Part shown: one piece after another, positions 36,203 to 49,806 of the stretch | Layout: each line of letters starts with the position of its first letter | Position numbering within the stretch: position 1 is the stretch's first letter | From: Marsupella aquatica | Taxonomy: Eukaryota > Plantae > Marchantiophyta | DNA: 64,000 bases | Assembly (NCBI GenBank): GCA_973895155.1 | Contig: OZ316896.1 | Span: 20,588,052-20,652,051, forward strand | Direction of reading: 5' to 3' | The notes under the pieces: model-generated | The model's input: only the letters and a program-made list of their open reading frames with translations | Told to the model about the DNA's origin: nothing | The model's database searches: none | Translations under genes and position numbers: made by a program

Positions 36203-39200
36203 TCAAAGTGTCCATTGCAAAGGAATTCCTCTACTCATTTTTAGGACTTCCATTCCTGTCTCTAGTCTTCCTATGTCGAGAAAGGGAATCACAATGTTTT
36301 TGCTTACGGTAGCTTCCCAAATTTCACACCCTTCTCTCACCCGCTTATTTAGCCAACTCACATGGACATTGATGGAATTCTGTGTTCCTTCATCCAGAGT
36401 TGCGTCAACAAAGCTTTCTTCCTCAGGTTCATCTTGGAGTGTATTTTCCATAGAGTCAACATCCATAGCTTCGGCAAGAGATGAACCTCCTTCAGTCCGG
36501 CCCTGTGCTAGATCTTCAACACTCCTTACAACCGCCAGTCTCAGCCTTCCATGTACACGAACCTCCACCACATCATGTATTTTGGGGTAAGTAGGGCATG
36601 TATGAAGGCCATATGTTTCTATATGTTGACGCTGACTTCTGTCTTGAAGTTCCAGGCATACAATCTCAGAGGAACCTCTTCCTGCTTGTCGACTAATGGG
36701 CATAAATTTATGCAATAAACGAGAAACTGGTCGAAAACTGGTATCACCATAGTGTTCGGCTGTGGCTCCAAGCAATGGCAAACCTGAGAGCTTGTCAGTT
36801 ATCATCTGATTATCAAGTGATCTTTGTATACTGAACCACTTGGCCTCAAAAAATAACTCCTGGTGTCCCAGAAATTCATGGACAAATAAGTCTAATATGA
36901 CTGCTCTCCAATTCCAACTGTATTCTGGACTGTCCTCGTCATCTGTCAATACTACCACATGGTCACCAATCCTGAAAAGAGTGTTCCTCACCACTACAGA
37001 TTTCAAAGGGATAACTTTAAAATCCATGACAGTCCTAAACAAGGACGTTGCCAGCCCCTGAAGAGCCCAATGCCATTTGACAAAATTGCTGCCATCCTCA
37101 GAAAGTAGACGCTTCTTCGCCTTTGTTCTACCTACTCCTATTCCTCTAGAGAGAATGGAAATTGCACAATGAGAATCGATAGCAAATCTACTCATATTTT
37201 TAACTAGTGAAAGAGCCTGCTCTTGTGATGAGACTACAACAATACAATTCTCATGCCATTTAGGGCAGGTAAAGTCACGTTTGTCCCTTGCTGCATGCTC
37301 AATTGCTCTGGCTCCTGTTGGCCTCAAACGGTTGTGTGCTTCCAACAGTGTACGATGCTGTGGCAGAAATCCATCATCATCATTCCAAATCATCATGCAT
37401 GTTTTAGTAAAAAACTGCCTGACGTGATGGGAGGTGAAAGTTAGCTCCATTTCCTTGTTGTTGGTGGCAGTCCGTCCATAACCAGAGACCATACGTTCGA
37501 ACCTGTAGCACCAATACACCCAGTGTGGACCATGTTGTTCGATGTCATCCAACAACTCACCGCTACCTACAAGACAAATTACATCTCATTTGTAAGATGA
37601 GTGATCGAGGCTAACCAGTCTGCAGTTGCCTTGAAAAAATAGCATAAAAAATTACATCCTAAAATATTTCTGTAACAAACCTGCAACGTGTTCGAGTATA
37701 GAGGCATTAACTCCAAAATGCTCCTCACTCCTCACCCGCCATGAAGCCAACAGACTTCTTGCCTTCTCCAAAGTTGACTTCCTCCACCCCTCCTCCCTAC
37801 TTTGAATGTAAAAGAGTCTTCCGATCTCAAATAACAGCATGCCAATTGAACCTAGAGGATTTTCAACTCCTAATCTCAAGCTATATAGTATGTGCGGTAG
37901 ACAAAATATAACAAATCGAGTATATTCTTCAGCTTTGAAGTAACCTAGTCTGTCCCCAGGATCTTTCGGCCATCTCCCATCCAGACCTTTAGGTTTTCTG
38001 GCAGTCACTTCTGCTAAGGCCTCCTCTAAAACTTTGGTTTGGGAAGGTGTCAAACTTTTCATCAATTTTGTTACATAGCTCTTGAATAAGTTGAGCGCAA
38101 GTATATGCATGACATCATATACTAAATCAGATATCAAACAGAAACCAAAGGTATCGCTTAACCTCCAAGCCTTGCCAACTGGTTAATTCCATGCTCTTGG
38201 GATATGCTTACCCTTGAAACTTCTGTTGTACAAAGAGAGTACCTCTGGGCAGCATCTCTAATGACCGCCAAATCTCGTTTGGCAGGAGGGTACCGCTGCA
38301 AATAACGATTGTTACCATACACAGTAACTCCTTTGGGCCCTCTTCCTGAAGTGTTTGATTGTTTTTTCCACGTGCCTTTCACTAGACACCTCCTGCACGG
38401 TGCCTTCCCCCTCTGGCACCACCCTCCAAATTTGCATTGGGCCGGGTGGTCTCCTGTAAATAACATTAGTCTCACCCTACAAGTACAATCTTTTGAGGTG
38501 ATAAGGTCATGTATTAGCTCTGGCGCATATGAAAAATGAAGAGGGAATCCGGCAACTGCCAACATTTGCACGTCTTGGAAAAATGGCTCCATGAAAGCTT
38601 CCAAGAAGTGCAATTTAAGCTTGGTGAGTTTTTCAGTAGCACTGTTTGGTATAAACAGAATGGGAATAGGTTGTATGTCAGAATGGCTGCCCACATTCAG
38701 TATACTTATCTCCACTGTCCATGTGCTTCTCATAACTGAAGATGCTGATTGGAAACCATCCCAGTGAGCCATTAGTGCAATATTGCGAGGGTCCCCCTGG
38801 GTACAATAAGAAAAACAATTTAATTAGCATGAATGATCGAAGTCAGAAGGAATCCAAGAGAAAAGAATGATTCTCAGATTAGCAAACCATCACAACGACA
38901 ACGACAACGACATTCAGAGGCCCATTCAGAGGGAAGAAAAACAGTTATTCAGATTAACATGCATGTACTGACAGCGCCGCATTCAGAAACGATCAAAGAG
39001 AGAGAAACAGGTTTTAATATTCTAAGCATAAGAGCATGTAATATATTGCAGCTGGCTGCATTCAGATCGAAGAAAGCAAAGAGTGCAATCTAATTAAACA
39101 GGTTTTCAAATAAAATTTATTAGAAGTATCATGGAGATTTTCAGAGGGAAGTAATTGAGAGCAGACAAATTCATGGAACATCAACGTACATCATTTGGCT

Positions 39201-40573
39201 AGTACCTGAACATATACTGGCCTTATTTGGAGCCGATTTCCGCAAGTGCACACAATGTCATACATGTGGATGTCTCCCACCAGCTTCAATCCTTGGTTCA
39301 AAAGGTCGCATTTCTCTGGGTAGGTAGCATAGCCTTTCCAACAAGTCTGGCATACCACAGGTAACTCATAGGTGCAACACGGGTCCCAGAAATAGGAGTT
39401 TTGTTTGGCTTTCGAGCCATCCCACCATTCGCTAATTACATCGTCTTTGAGACTCCCAAGCTGGAGCCAACGAGCTCTCTCCCTCCACATGGTTAGTATT
39501 TCATGGCAATAGCTTCGTGATCGACACAAATGAGATATCAATGGCGCAATAGGCAGGTAATCAAACCTTAACATATCTTTGCGCTTGATTCTACACCCGA
39601 AGACATCACATCGCTCGCTGCAGGTTTCACAATCTCTGCACAAAATATTCTTGCATAGAGAGCACTTACAACTCTTGCTCGTTGTTTTTGCTTGGTCATC
39701 CTGGATGCTTGGTCCAAAGGCCTTAGGTTCGTGAAAGTTGTCGTCAGCCCCCAAACACAGACGCCATTGATGTGGTTGAGGTGCGCCCATCACTTTGTAA
39801 GCAGCCGCCAAGCCATTGAAAGTCCCCAAGGAAGGTATTCCTAGTGGACCACCATCCCATTGAGTACCAGCATACCTCAGCAGTGAGCCAAGGGGTACAT
39901 TCCTGTAGTCAATGACTGGACTTGCATCGATTGGTTTGAACAAAGCTCTCAAAATCTTGTCCTGCAAGTCCATAGAAACTTTAGCAGAATCCAACATGGA
40001 CTGGAGTCTCCATGTCTCTCTATAAATAGCCTCGCTCAAAGTCAAAGGAATTTCGTTGAGTACAGCGGTTGAGTAGTCGTTGCATCCAACATTATCAGAC
40101 AATGGCATAAGAGTTTCTGCACCATCCACCCCATCCTCTGTTGCACACCCAACATCAAAAGCACAATAGCTTGCTGGGATTGCATCAGGGTCACTTGCAT
40201 ACGTAGACCGAGGGCCATTGACAAAACCAAGCAACGGTCTGAGGAGTAGCGTGCTTTGTATTCTCCATTTGGAAGTCCTTGACAGCTTTGCAAAATCAGA
40301 TGGAAGATCTGATTGTTGACGTGAACAATCTCCAATCACATCAGAGGACTGCCCTTGCACTATTCTATCTCTTGGTCTTTGGGTCGACACTGCTGCCTGG
40401 TGCAAAGGAGGGTGGACCGGAACATGCCGCGCATCTATGAGAATGCCTTGTTTATCCTTGAGTCTATGATGACCTCTAGTTCTTTTGCTCACCAAATCAA
40501 AGCCGTCAGACATTCGTGAACATCTATACTTGCAATCACATCTGACTTTCAAACTCAAATCAAAATCCTCCAT
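36203..40573 (-). pseudogene. Divergent CACTA/EnSpm Tnp2-like transposase with C-terminal BAH-like and Tudor-like segments; one frameshift
   Basis: Exons ~40573-39206, 38796-37681 and 37566-36203. Motifs GDPRNIALMAHWDGFQ (cf. DPRNVRLGLxTDGF), TGDHPAQCKFGG...APCRRC, YDVMHI and HGPHWVYWCYRFERM (cf. GPVxxRWMYPFER). Frameshift near 38175. Confidence 0.85.
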
Positions 40574-43500
40574 GTTGCGCAAGAGTCGTAGACAAATTTT
40601 CGCGACAAAAAAAGAGTAATGGACAAGTCTGGGCTGCCCACTACGTACGTACTAAGTTGTCAAGGTCTATAGTATACTTCTGATTGAGTCATTCATTAGC
40701 TTCACAGGTCCTGATCCTGTGCGGTCCCCGGCCTACCCTTATCGCAGCCCAGAATTGACTCACAGCCTGGATGTGCTGGGATTTGGTGCTGGGATTTGGT
40801 GCATTGCATTGAAAGCATATTTGAGCACTTGTGGGGCCAGTTAATTGAAAAACAAGCCTACGGTAGTACTATACGTGAACCCAGCTTTGGTCTTTGGGCA
40901 CATGTGGGGCCAGTTTATCAGTTCTTTGGCGGGCCCCTTTTAAAGTAACATGCATGACTCCAGGATTATATAATTAAGTAATTTAATGTTTTTAAAGCAA
41001 CATGCATGACTCCAGGATTATATAATAAAGTAATTTACTGTTTGCAGCGCTGGTTAGAATCTAGGTGCGCTTAGAAAAAGGTTTTCTCCCTAAATTATTA
41101 AAACATGGGCAGATTCTTGAAATGATTTATCCAAATTTGGAGGAAATAAACAATGAGAAGCTACCGTGTTTTGAATTGTGGAATTGGACTTATACCACAC
41201 ACCTTTCTAAATGTATGTTAATTTACATACATTCCACCGTTGAATGGAGTTCCCATGGAATAGGCAATTCCTACAATTTGTTGTATGTAACTGTTTCACT
41301 TTAATTTGTACATGTATCTCATAAGATGGAATCTTCATTCTAAAGAAGTTTTATTAATCTGCTGCGTTGCCGGTTGCCACGGCTCTCACTTGTGCAACGC
41401 AGAAAATTTTAATTTTTAATGCCAATTAAACTCATTAATAAACAGTCCCGCCCAAAGGCACAAATTTCCTGGTCATGAAGTGACAAAAGAACGCGGGATC
41501 ACTTTATGGTCGGCCGATATTTTCCATTTTTCTCTTGTCAGCGGGGTAGGGGCTGGGCATGTGAACAGACGATCAGGGATTGAGGGTGCCTGCAAGTTGG
41601 ACAAGTTAAGCGCTGAGCCGCTGACTCAATCATCCCACATTCATCAATTCGCTCTTACTCGGTCTCTTACTTTTGAAATATATATTTTAAAAATTGAGTT
41701 CAACCAGTACACAATAAAACATCCTCCTTTGATAAATAACTGGCTCTTGTTAGTTGATAGGAGGAGGTTTCCACACTCAGGGGTACACTGGACTAAGCAG
41801 CCCTACATTGTAACTATCAACTATAGACCTCTATATTCATGGCTTGAGCCAACGACAAGTTATGGCCCATGGCCCAGGGACGTTGCCCTATTTACCAGGA
41901 AAAGTAAACCATGCTTGTATGATTTCGATCAGACGGCGAACGTGGATCAGCAAGGTGCTATGCTTTTCTCTCAGACAAGATTGATTCCTGTAGTGCTCAT
42001 TTTCATCTTCAACACATTGCTCGCACTTTTCATAGTTTCTTGTTGATACTTTGATATATAGCTTATATTTTTAGACAAACATAACGTTCCGGTTCTATCG
42101 TACTGTACTGTTTATTTTTCAAGGGTCAACAAAAAAGAAAAAATTGTTTTTTCTTGGTTCACCCTGCGTTGCATGAGGTAACTGTATTGTACGTCAGTAG
42201 TTACTTTTAAAGCTACTACAAACATATTGTCTAGCTAGGCAAACGATGAGTAGCTTCTCTAGCCTCATTATCTTCCTTTGACAGATTCCTTTGTGGGGCC
42301 TGATACGTGGTCAGCTGATGTGGCCAGGGTTCACTTGTGACCAACTAGCTGGTCTCAATCTAGCTCAATCCCTGCAGCCAGCCTCTCGTACAATGAGTTC
42401 TGCCTCGGGTCCTGCCTAGGCTGGTTCTAGCTAGTGTTAAATGTTTGGTGTTAGATGATCGATGGTGTTAGATGATCGATCACCGTCACTACAGCAGAAT
42501 CTAGTTTACTAAATGATATTATTCTTTGTGCAAATGGGCAACGTGTACTACTCTGGTGGACCACATCAAATGGTTTCTCTTCTTGGAGCGATTCGGAGAA
42601 TGGAAATGGAACATCTCCCCCAAGTAATTTATTGTTTACTACGTATACCTGTTCTCTCACGCAGTGGGCCCTCAACTTTTTAACATGCATGTAACAAGTA
42701 TTTTATCTAAAGCCAGGCGGGAAGCCACGGTTACAAGGTGGGAAATATATAAGACTTACTCCATATATATTTGATATATATTTGATACAAGTGACCTACA
42801 TGGTTTTGAGGTAACGATGGATAGGAATCTTGAGCCTGCTCTGAAATGGTTAGAAGCAAATAATGCTCAGGTACTGAAATTTACTGAAGTTAATTTGATA
42901 GATAAAACAGTCAAATGAATTAATCCAGTTTGGCATATATAGTGGGCTCTCCCTAAGTGCAAAATTCATACATGCATAACCTGAATAACTGCAAGCTTCC
43001 TCTTCTTGGCAGATGCTAGGCACACTAACTCTTCATTTTCTTGCATCTTTTTGTCCGGGCCTTTCGTAAGTGCAAACATAGCTAAAACGTTTTGCTAAAT
43101 GACACTTTATAGAGTGAAACGTTTTGCTAAAGGGCAACTTTATAAGTGCACAACCTGGATAAGTATTTACTAAAGTTGTATATAGCTAACTGTCTTGATC
43201 AAGTGCATTCCTTCGAGTGGAGAGGTACAAAAGTTAATTAGTAGACTAAAATGAAACTTACCTAACATGGTCGATTGGGTATAAGGCCATTATAAGGAAT
43301 TAAAACCTTGTCTAAGTATAAAAAGGGGAGTTGCATACTCAGGACTGGGAGAATGCTTAAATACAAACTGGTTTAAATAGTCAAAATTAAAGTCTCAGGT
43401 CACCTGAGCCCAAATAATGATACATGCATGCCTTGAAAAACACTTTGCAACCCAAGTCCTTTCCCTGGTCCTTGCACAACATCTCGAATATTTCCCCTAA

Positions 43501-44242
43501 TATTCTAACATACCTTTAGGATGATTTAATTCCAAAGGTTAAGTCACACAGCCTAGCATCACCTCCCAAATGCTACAAGCTAGCATGCCTCAACTCATGA
43601 GACCTAGTCAGAGCCTTGCATGCACAATATGAGTCTGAAATGTTTTGAACATACCTTGAGGGTAATCTGGTTTAATTCAAATGTATTATGCACAAAATGT
43701 AGAGTCACCTCCCAAATGCAACAAGTATGCCTAACTTGGACAATGTCTTGAGACCCATTTTAAGCCTTGGATAACCTAGAGCATAATCAAATATTTGTGA
43801 TATGCTTTCAGTATGCTGATTGACTTCAAAAGGTCCAAACAGAAAGTTTAGTGTTAATTAGCTTGCAAGACAAAGCAGCTGCAAGCATGCCTTGAACACA
43901 GTTTGAAATGGAAATTGTGCACAACTTACCTTGGGATCATTGCTACTAACATGCCTTGAGGGTGGGTCTACAATTAAAGCGTAGGCCATGGACGGCAACC
44001 GTGACACCAAATGGGATATTTGTAACACCTTGATTGTACAATTTATAGTTTGGCATGTCTTAAAGCTTCCAGACACATTGAATTGAAGGTACTATTGTGC
44101 ATTTTGCATGAGTACTGAAACAAACAAAAGTATTAAGTATTAAGCAATTGAATAATTATATTATGCAATGAGCGCCTTGCCTGGCCTCCTCGCGATTTGT
44201 TCCAAGTGTCCTCACCAGGACACCTGCCATGGGGGGCAGCGA

Positions 44243-44603
44243 TGTTCAGCATAGACGACAATCGCAACGACAAGCCCATGAACCATGCAACGCACAAGAA
44301 TCGACACAGAGAGATATGTGGTTCACCTCCACATGAGGCTACGTCCATGGGAACACACAAGAGCTTTACTGCACTCTAGGCCAACCAGCCATCGAGCCGG
44401 CCATACCAAGCATCCACAGCGCAAGCTCTCCCTATCTCTCAACTAGCTCCGTAACAATGAGCCTGAGTTCCCTGGGGGCTGGCACCAGCCCTGGCTATAT
44501 ACACAGCATCACTATTACCGCTAACCTTAGCTAAGTCCTAACCTGAGTTAGCCTAACTGTGGTTAGCTCAAGAGTCACAAGACTAATCGAGCAATACCTA
44601 ACA
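44243..44603 (+). mobile_element. Solo LTR, family A
   Basis: TGTT...AACA termini, perfect TSD AGCGA, and high similarity to 60867-61210. Confidence 0.92.
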
Positions 44604-47600
44604 AGCGAGTGGGAGGCAGGGTGGGGGGAGGGTGGAGGGGGGAGTGAAGGAGGGACGGCAAACGAGAAAAAGATAAGACAGAAAATAGTGAAAAAGGGGG
44701 AATAAGGGGGGTTTACTCAGGGGTTTAGTGTTTCAAAGCAGAAAAAAGGGAAAGGAAAAAAGCAAGGAATAAAACCATTAGACTCACTTTGCCACACTTT
44801 GGTGGTGGTCATAGCCTATCTTTGACAAAATGACATTTTTTACTCAACAACATCGTTCTTCAATAAGATATTTTGGGCAAACGAATTCTTTTAACATGTA
44901 CGTTGATGGACCAGACATGTTTTGAAGTGTGACCAGGCTTCTTGTTTGGGCTGGCTGCCACAATTTTTTTCTAAATGTAAAACGCAGCATGATACACAAG
45001 GTTTTCTATATATCAAACCCAGTTTCAAAACACAAAAACTTTAACCAGTGAACCTTATAAGTGAGGACAAATAACATTTGCATCAATTGTACTTGGTGAA
45101 CTTAATTTGACCACTTGAATCGCGACCATAGTTTGAAGTAAACCGGGATGAATCTAAAAAGTATAAACAATGGACCAACAAAAACTGTCTTTGAACAAAA
45201 TTTGTTTTGTGTTCTCTAACCCATGTTGTTTTTTCCTCAATGTGAAAGGCAATAGTCCATACAAACCTGTATTTGACAAATTTGACACAAAATGACATCC
45301 TTTACACGTACAACAATAACTTTGGTACAAATGAATGTCATCTTTTACACATGGTTATCTTTTGCATACCATCATCAATTTCATAAACTACATTTTTATA
45401 ATATCATTATGCAATTGATGTTGTTAAATAAATGACATCATATACTTAACAACATCAATTGCATAATGATATTTTGTGGAACAAAATCTCTTACTCAAGG
45501 ACATGTTGTGCATAACATCCTTTAATGTATATTCTTAATGGTATATTTCATGCAACTTAATCTATTGAGCAACAACTTTTGACTTCTATATGCAGCTCAC
45601 TGGATTCAACTCGTAGTACATTTTACACACAATCATGACCAAATGTTGCAAGACTACTAGACTGCCTTCTTTGGATATTTGTAGGTCCCTCAATTCTAAA
45701 TGAAATGTGACGCTATGTCATGGCTCACTTGAAATAGTAGCCAATCTGTTTCTAATGCACCCACAAACATCAGATTCCATTGGATATCAAGGGAGATATA
45801 TGCCTAGTGTCAAAGTTGGTTGAGTTTATTTGAATTTTGATTTGTTGCGGGAGAAAGCAATGAATTTGACTTGTTTCATGTCTTTGCTTTGGTCTAGAGA
45901 TTGTATCCATCCACATCAACACAAAATCTATGACCAAATGAGAGTCATATCTTGATGAGATTGGCAATGGTTTTTATTTTTATTTTTGAAATACTAAATA
46001 TCTATTTTTTCAAAATAAATGAAGCCATCCAATCGTTGATCTGCTTACAACATAATCTTGACCATCCAGTGCTTATTGTATAAAATAAAAATCACTATTC
46101 ATCCACTCATGGAGGTATATAAGGTATCAAAAAATCTTGATGAAATATTCTACTAGGGTCACTAGTCTGGGGTTTTGTAATTTTGACAACCAAGCAATAT
46201 ATAAAATATTACATATGAACTCCAAATTACTCAGACAATATATCCCTTCATCATATTTTTGGTCTACATCCTCAAATATCCTGAATATGCAATGGTGCAA
46301 GGTGTGAACAAACATTTTAATTAAGGCCATTCTGAAAATGATAAATTGTACACACCATATCCAGAGATTCTGCAAGGCTCTCCAAGGCTTAATTTGGGTC
46401 CCAAAATGCTTACAGTTACGATGCGGTGGTATCATTTGGGAAGCAATTATAGGCCTTGCGAGTGAACCCTTTGAGTCAAATCATCCTAGCCCTCGCCTTA
46501 TGTAGGAAATATTCCAGAGGTTGTACAAGGCTTTGGGTCTAAAAAATGTTTACAATGAAGGCATTCTTTTATCATTTTGACCATCTTTTGGGAAGCGATG
46601 CGAGGCCTTGTGACTGAACCCTTTGTATTAAATTATCCTCACCTTATGTTGAAAATATTCCAGAGATTGTGCCAAGCTTCGGGTTTTATCATTTGTTTTT
46701 CAAGGCATGGTTGTATCATTCGGGAAGGGCAAGAATAAACAAGGGATTCTCAAGACATGCTCACATCATGTGCTGGTCGACACTCTTTTGTACCAAGCAG
46801 GAGCGTCAAGGCCAGGCACTGGCTACAGGAGGGGATGACCAAGTGCGAGAGCAATCCTCCGAAATACTTCAAGACAGTTCACCTAAACAGTCAGGTCGAT
46901 GATTAGTCTGATTTTGCAAAGCTGATGCTGACTTGGTTCCCTTGTTAAGCAATAAATACTGGCTGCATTTTAGCAGGACTTTACTCACACCCGATGGATA
47001 TCCTGAGTCATTCCCAGTCAGCCAATTAGTCTTTTCTTTCAGTTTTGTTTGGTGTGGAGGGACAGAGAACGCTCCTTATATAGTTCCTGCTGGCAAAGTT
47101 TTCATGTGTTGCTCTAGATGGAAGGACGGCCCTGATGGATAGAGTCGCCTCCAACCGGGCCTCCAACCTTCCTGCCTGACTGTCCGCCCTGTTGGGTGCC
47201 TAGTACGTACCCTTATCCTTACATTTAGTTGGTGGTTTTAGATTTTCCAGTATGTTTTGGCTTGCATAATAGTGCTGTGTTTTCTTTGAGCACCTCTTTC
47301 ATCAGGCCTATGTGGCCACTTTATCAGTTATTTGGATGATTACAGGTCTCCTGGGCTTAGATTGACATTCTCTTGATTAGTTCTTCTCCGGTTATATAAT
47401 ATGGACTTCTCTTCTCCATTAATATAATTAGCTACGTAGTTTACTGTCCTATGCACAACACTTGAGAGAGTCTAAATGTGTTTCCAACACCACTAATTAG
47501 ACTCACATAAGCGACTCATCCTATATTCATCATCTCCCCCAAGCAATTTACTGTTTACTTTCTCAAATTAATTCCTACGCGACCTGTTCTGTCAGGGGGT

Positions 47601-48598
47601 TAGTAGGCTCAAGTTTTTCACATGCAACACCCAGTTAGAGCCTTAGTGCTTATGTGCAAAATATCACTTACTGTATATATTTCATACAAATCACACTCTG
47701 GTTTTGCTTGGTGACGTGACGTCTGCTGCACTGTAAGATCATGCTCAGAATCTACTGAAACTTTAATAAACTAAATAGTCAACCCGATTTGCCATATATA
47801 TATATATCATTTACAGTTACTACTTTGTGGATTTTGAATTTCTCAAGTTGGATGAATTTGTAATATCCTTTAGTTTTGTTTGGTGTGGAGTGACCAAGAT
47901 TGCCGCTCAGTTTGGTTGTGGCAATGTGGCCACGGTTGTCACTATACATGTAAAAACAGCCTTGACAGCTGTTGACCGCTTCACAGCTTTTGACCTTGTT
48001 GTCCTATGTGGTAGAGTACTTACGGATGCATATTTATTAGTTCCAAGTCTTTTTTGATTAAAAGTTCCTGAGAAAACTTATTTAGACTCTCAGAATGGGA
48101 GAGTAATATCCACTGTGAAAAGCACTGTTGAGCTAAGAGGGAGGATAGTCCCCAGAGTCAGTAAGTGAGCATTCGTCCCATGAGGGCAGGAGCAGGAGTA
48201 GGTGGGACTAGTCCCAATGTAAAGCAGTAGGGCGGTAAGTAGTGTACGTGTTAGTAACAGTAGTGTGTTAGTTGAGCTTAGCATCTATCCTATTTAAATA
48301 GCCCCCTAAATTTCAACATTTTTGGCTTGGGATGACCTTTGTTCCTTTCTATTTTTCTGGGGATCAGTGGACTGATGTTGCCCCCGGCCCTTCGGCAGTT
48401 TTTGGATGTCTTATGTTCTCCTGGGTTACTATAGGGCTCTCATATTGTTCGATTCCCAAAATGAAAAGATACTCTTGAGTCCTACTACTCTTCTAAAGTC
48501 TATTGCTTAGCTGCATGCCCCCGTCAATTCCTGTTCTTACCGGTTCTTCATTAATGTACTTTTGAGTAGGAGTTGTATACCATAATAATATATAGCGG

Positions 48599-48602
<4 letters not shown>

Positions 48603-48652
<50 letters not shown>

Positions 48653-48753
48653 GCGTGTGTGTGTTTTTATCTGAGGACCAATGCAATACTACTCGGTAGT
48701 TGCAATTACAATCCCAATGCAATACTACTCGGTAGTTGCAATTACAATCCCTC
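48603..48753 (+). repeat. (CT)n microsatellite followed by a ~38-bp tandem duplication
   Basis: CT run at ~48603-48650, then CCAATGCAATACTACTCGGTAGTTGCAATTACAATCC twice. Confidence 0.9.
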
Positions 48754-49806
48754 TACCTACATGTAGGTCCACTGGTTTGATGTTATATATACCATCGTAA
48801 GTAGTTTCCTACTTATATATTATATTTATATTTAGAATAATATAGCAGAGTTCTTTGGTGGGGGCTTCCAAAGTGGTGTGCGGGTACTTCTAGGTTGCTT
48901 GGACTTGGATTGGTCTTTGTTTGATTATATATATCACTCTCAGATTATAATATGGACTACTTTTCCCCCCTGCCTAATGTTTGGCTTCCGTTGAATCCTC
49001 ATTATTAATAAAATTTAATCTGTTATTTCTTTACTCCCATTGAAAAAATAGGAGCAGAGCCGGCCTGTTATTGGCAGCATCTCCCCCTAGTAATTTCATT
49101 GACAGTCTGGTATGTTCTGGGATGGCGTCGAAACTGCCCGGCCCAAATGCAATTCATGATGAGGTTTTGGAATTTACTGAAACATCAATAAATAAAATAG
49201 TCAACTGAACATATTCAGAGTTTGGAATTTACTTAAACTTCAATAAAGTATATAGTCAACCCAATTTGGCATATATGCTCAAGTACATTCACTACTTTTA
49301 AGAATTACAGGCATTGCGCTTCACAATTTGACTTATGCTAGCTTGAGAATTCAAAGTTTACTTTAATAGTAGTATTTCGTAAGTGCTAGATAGGCCTCCT
49401 GCCATGTATCAGTATACGTAGACAGATCCTACCGGTGCGGCCTTGTATTGCAAATCATTGTCCCAGACAAATAGTTGAATAGTCTACCATGCTTCACGGA
49501 GAAATCTTTGGCTTTTAAATGCTAAAGACATTAAGAGAGCCAGAGCACGGTTTGCCAGATAGATGCCCGATATATACTACTATTCGGAATTTGAACTTCC
49601 CGCTTGATGTAGCGCGCGCCTGCGTTTGCGCCCACGTTTGGAATCAAATCCCATTCGACTCTTTTGGGGAATTACATTTTTGAATGTTAGACTACTTGAA
49701 TCAACTAAGTGATCACGTACAAACCCCGAACCTCCCTATGTTTGATTGCACTTCCTGAGTTGCAAAATCTTGTCTAGCTGCTGCTTGTCAATCTGCCGGC
49801 CTAACC

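Noticed and set aside
41480-42046. 188-aa ORF
   Set aside because: GTG start, no recognisable motif and no splice support.
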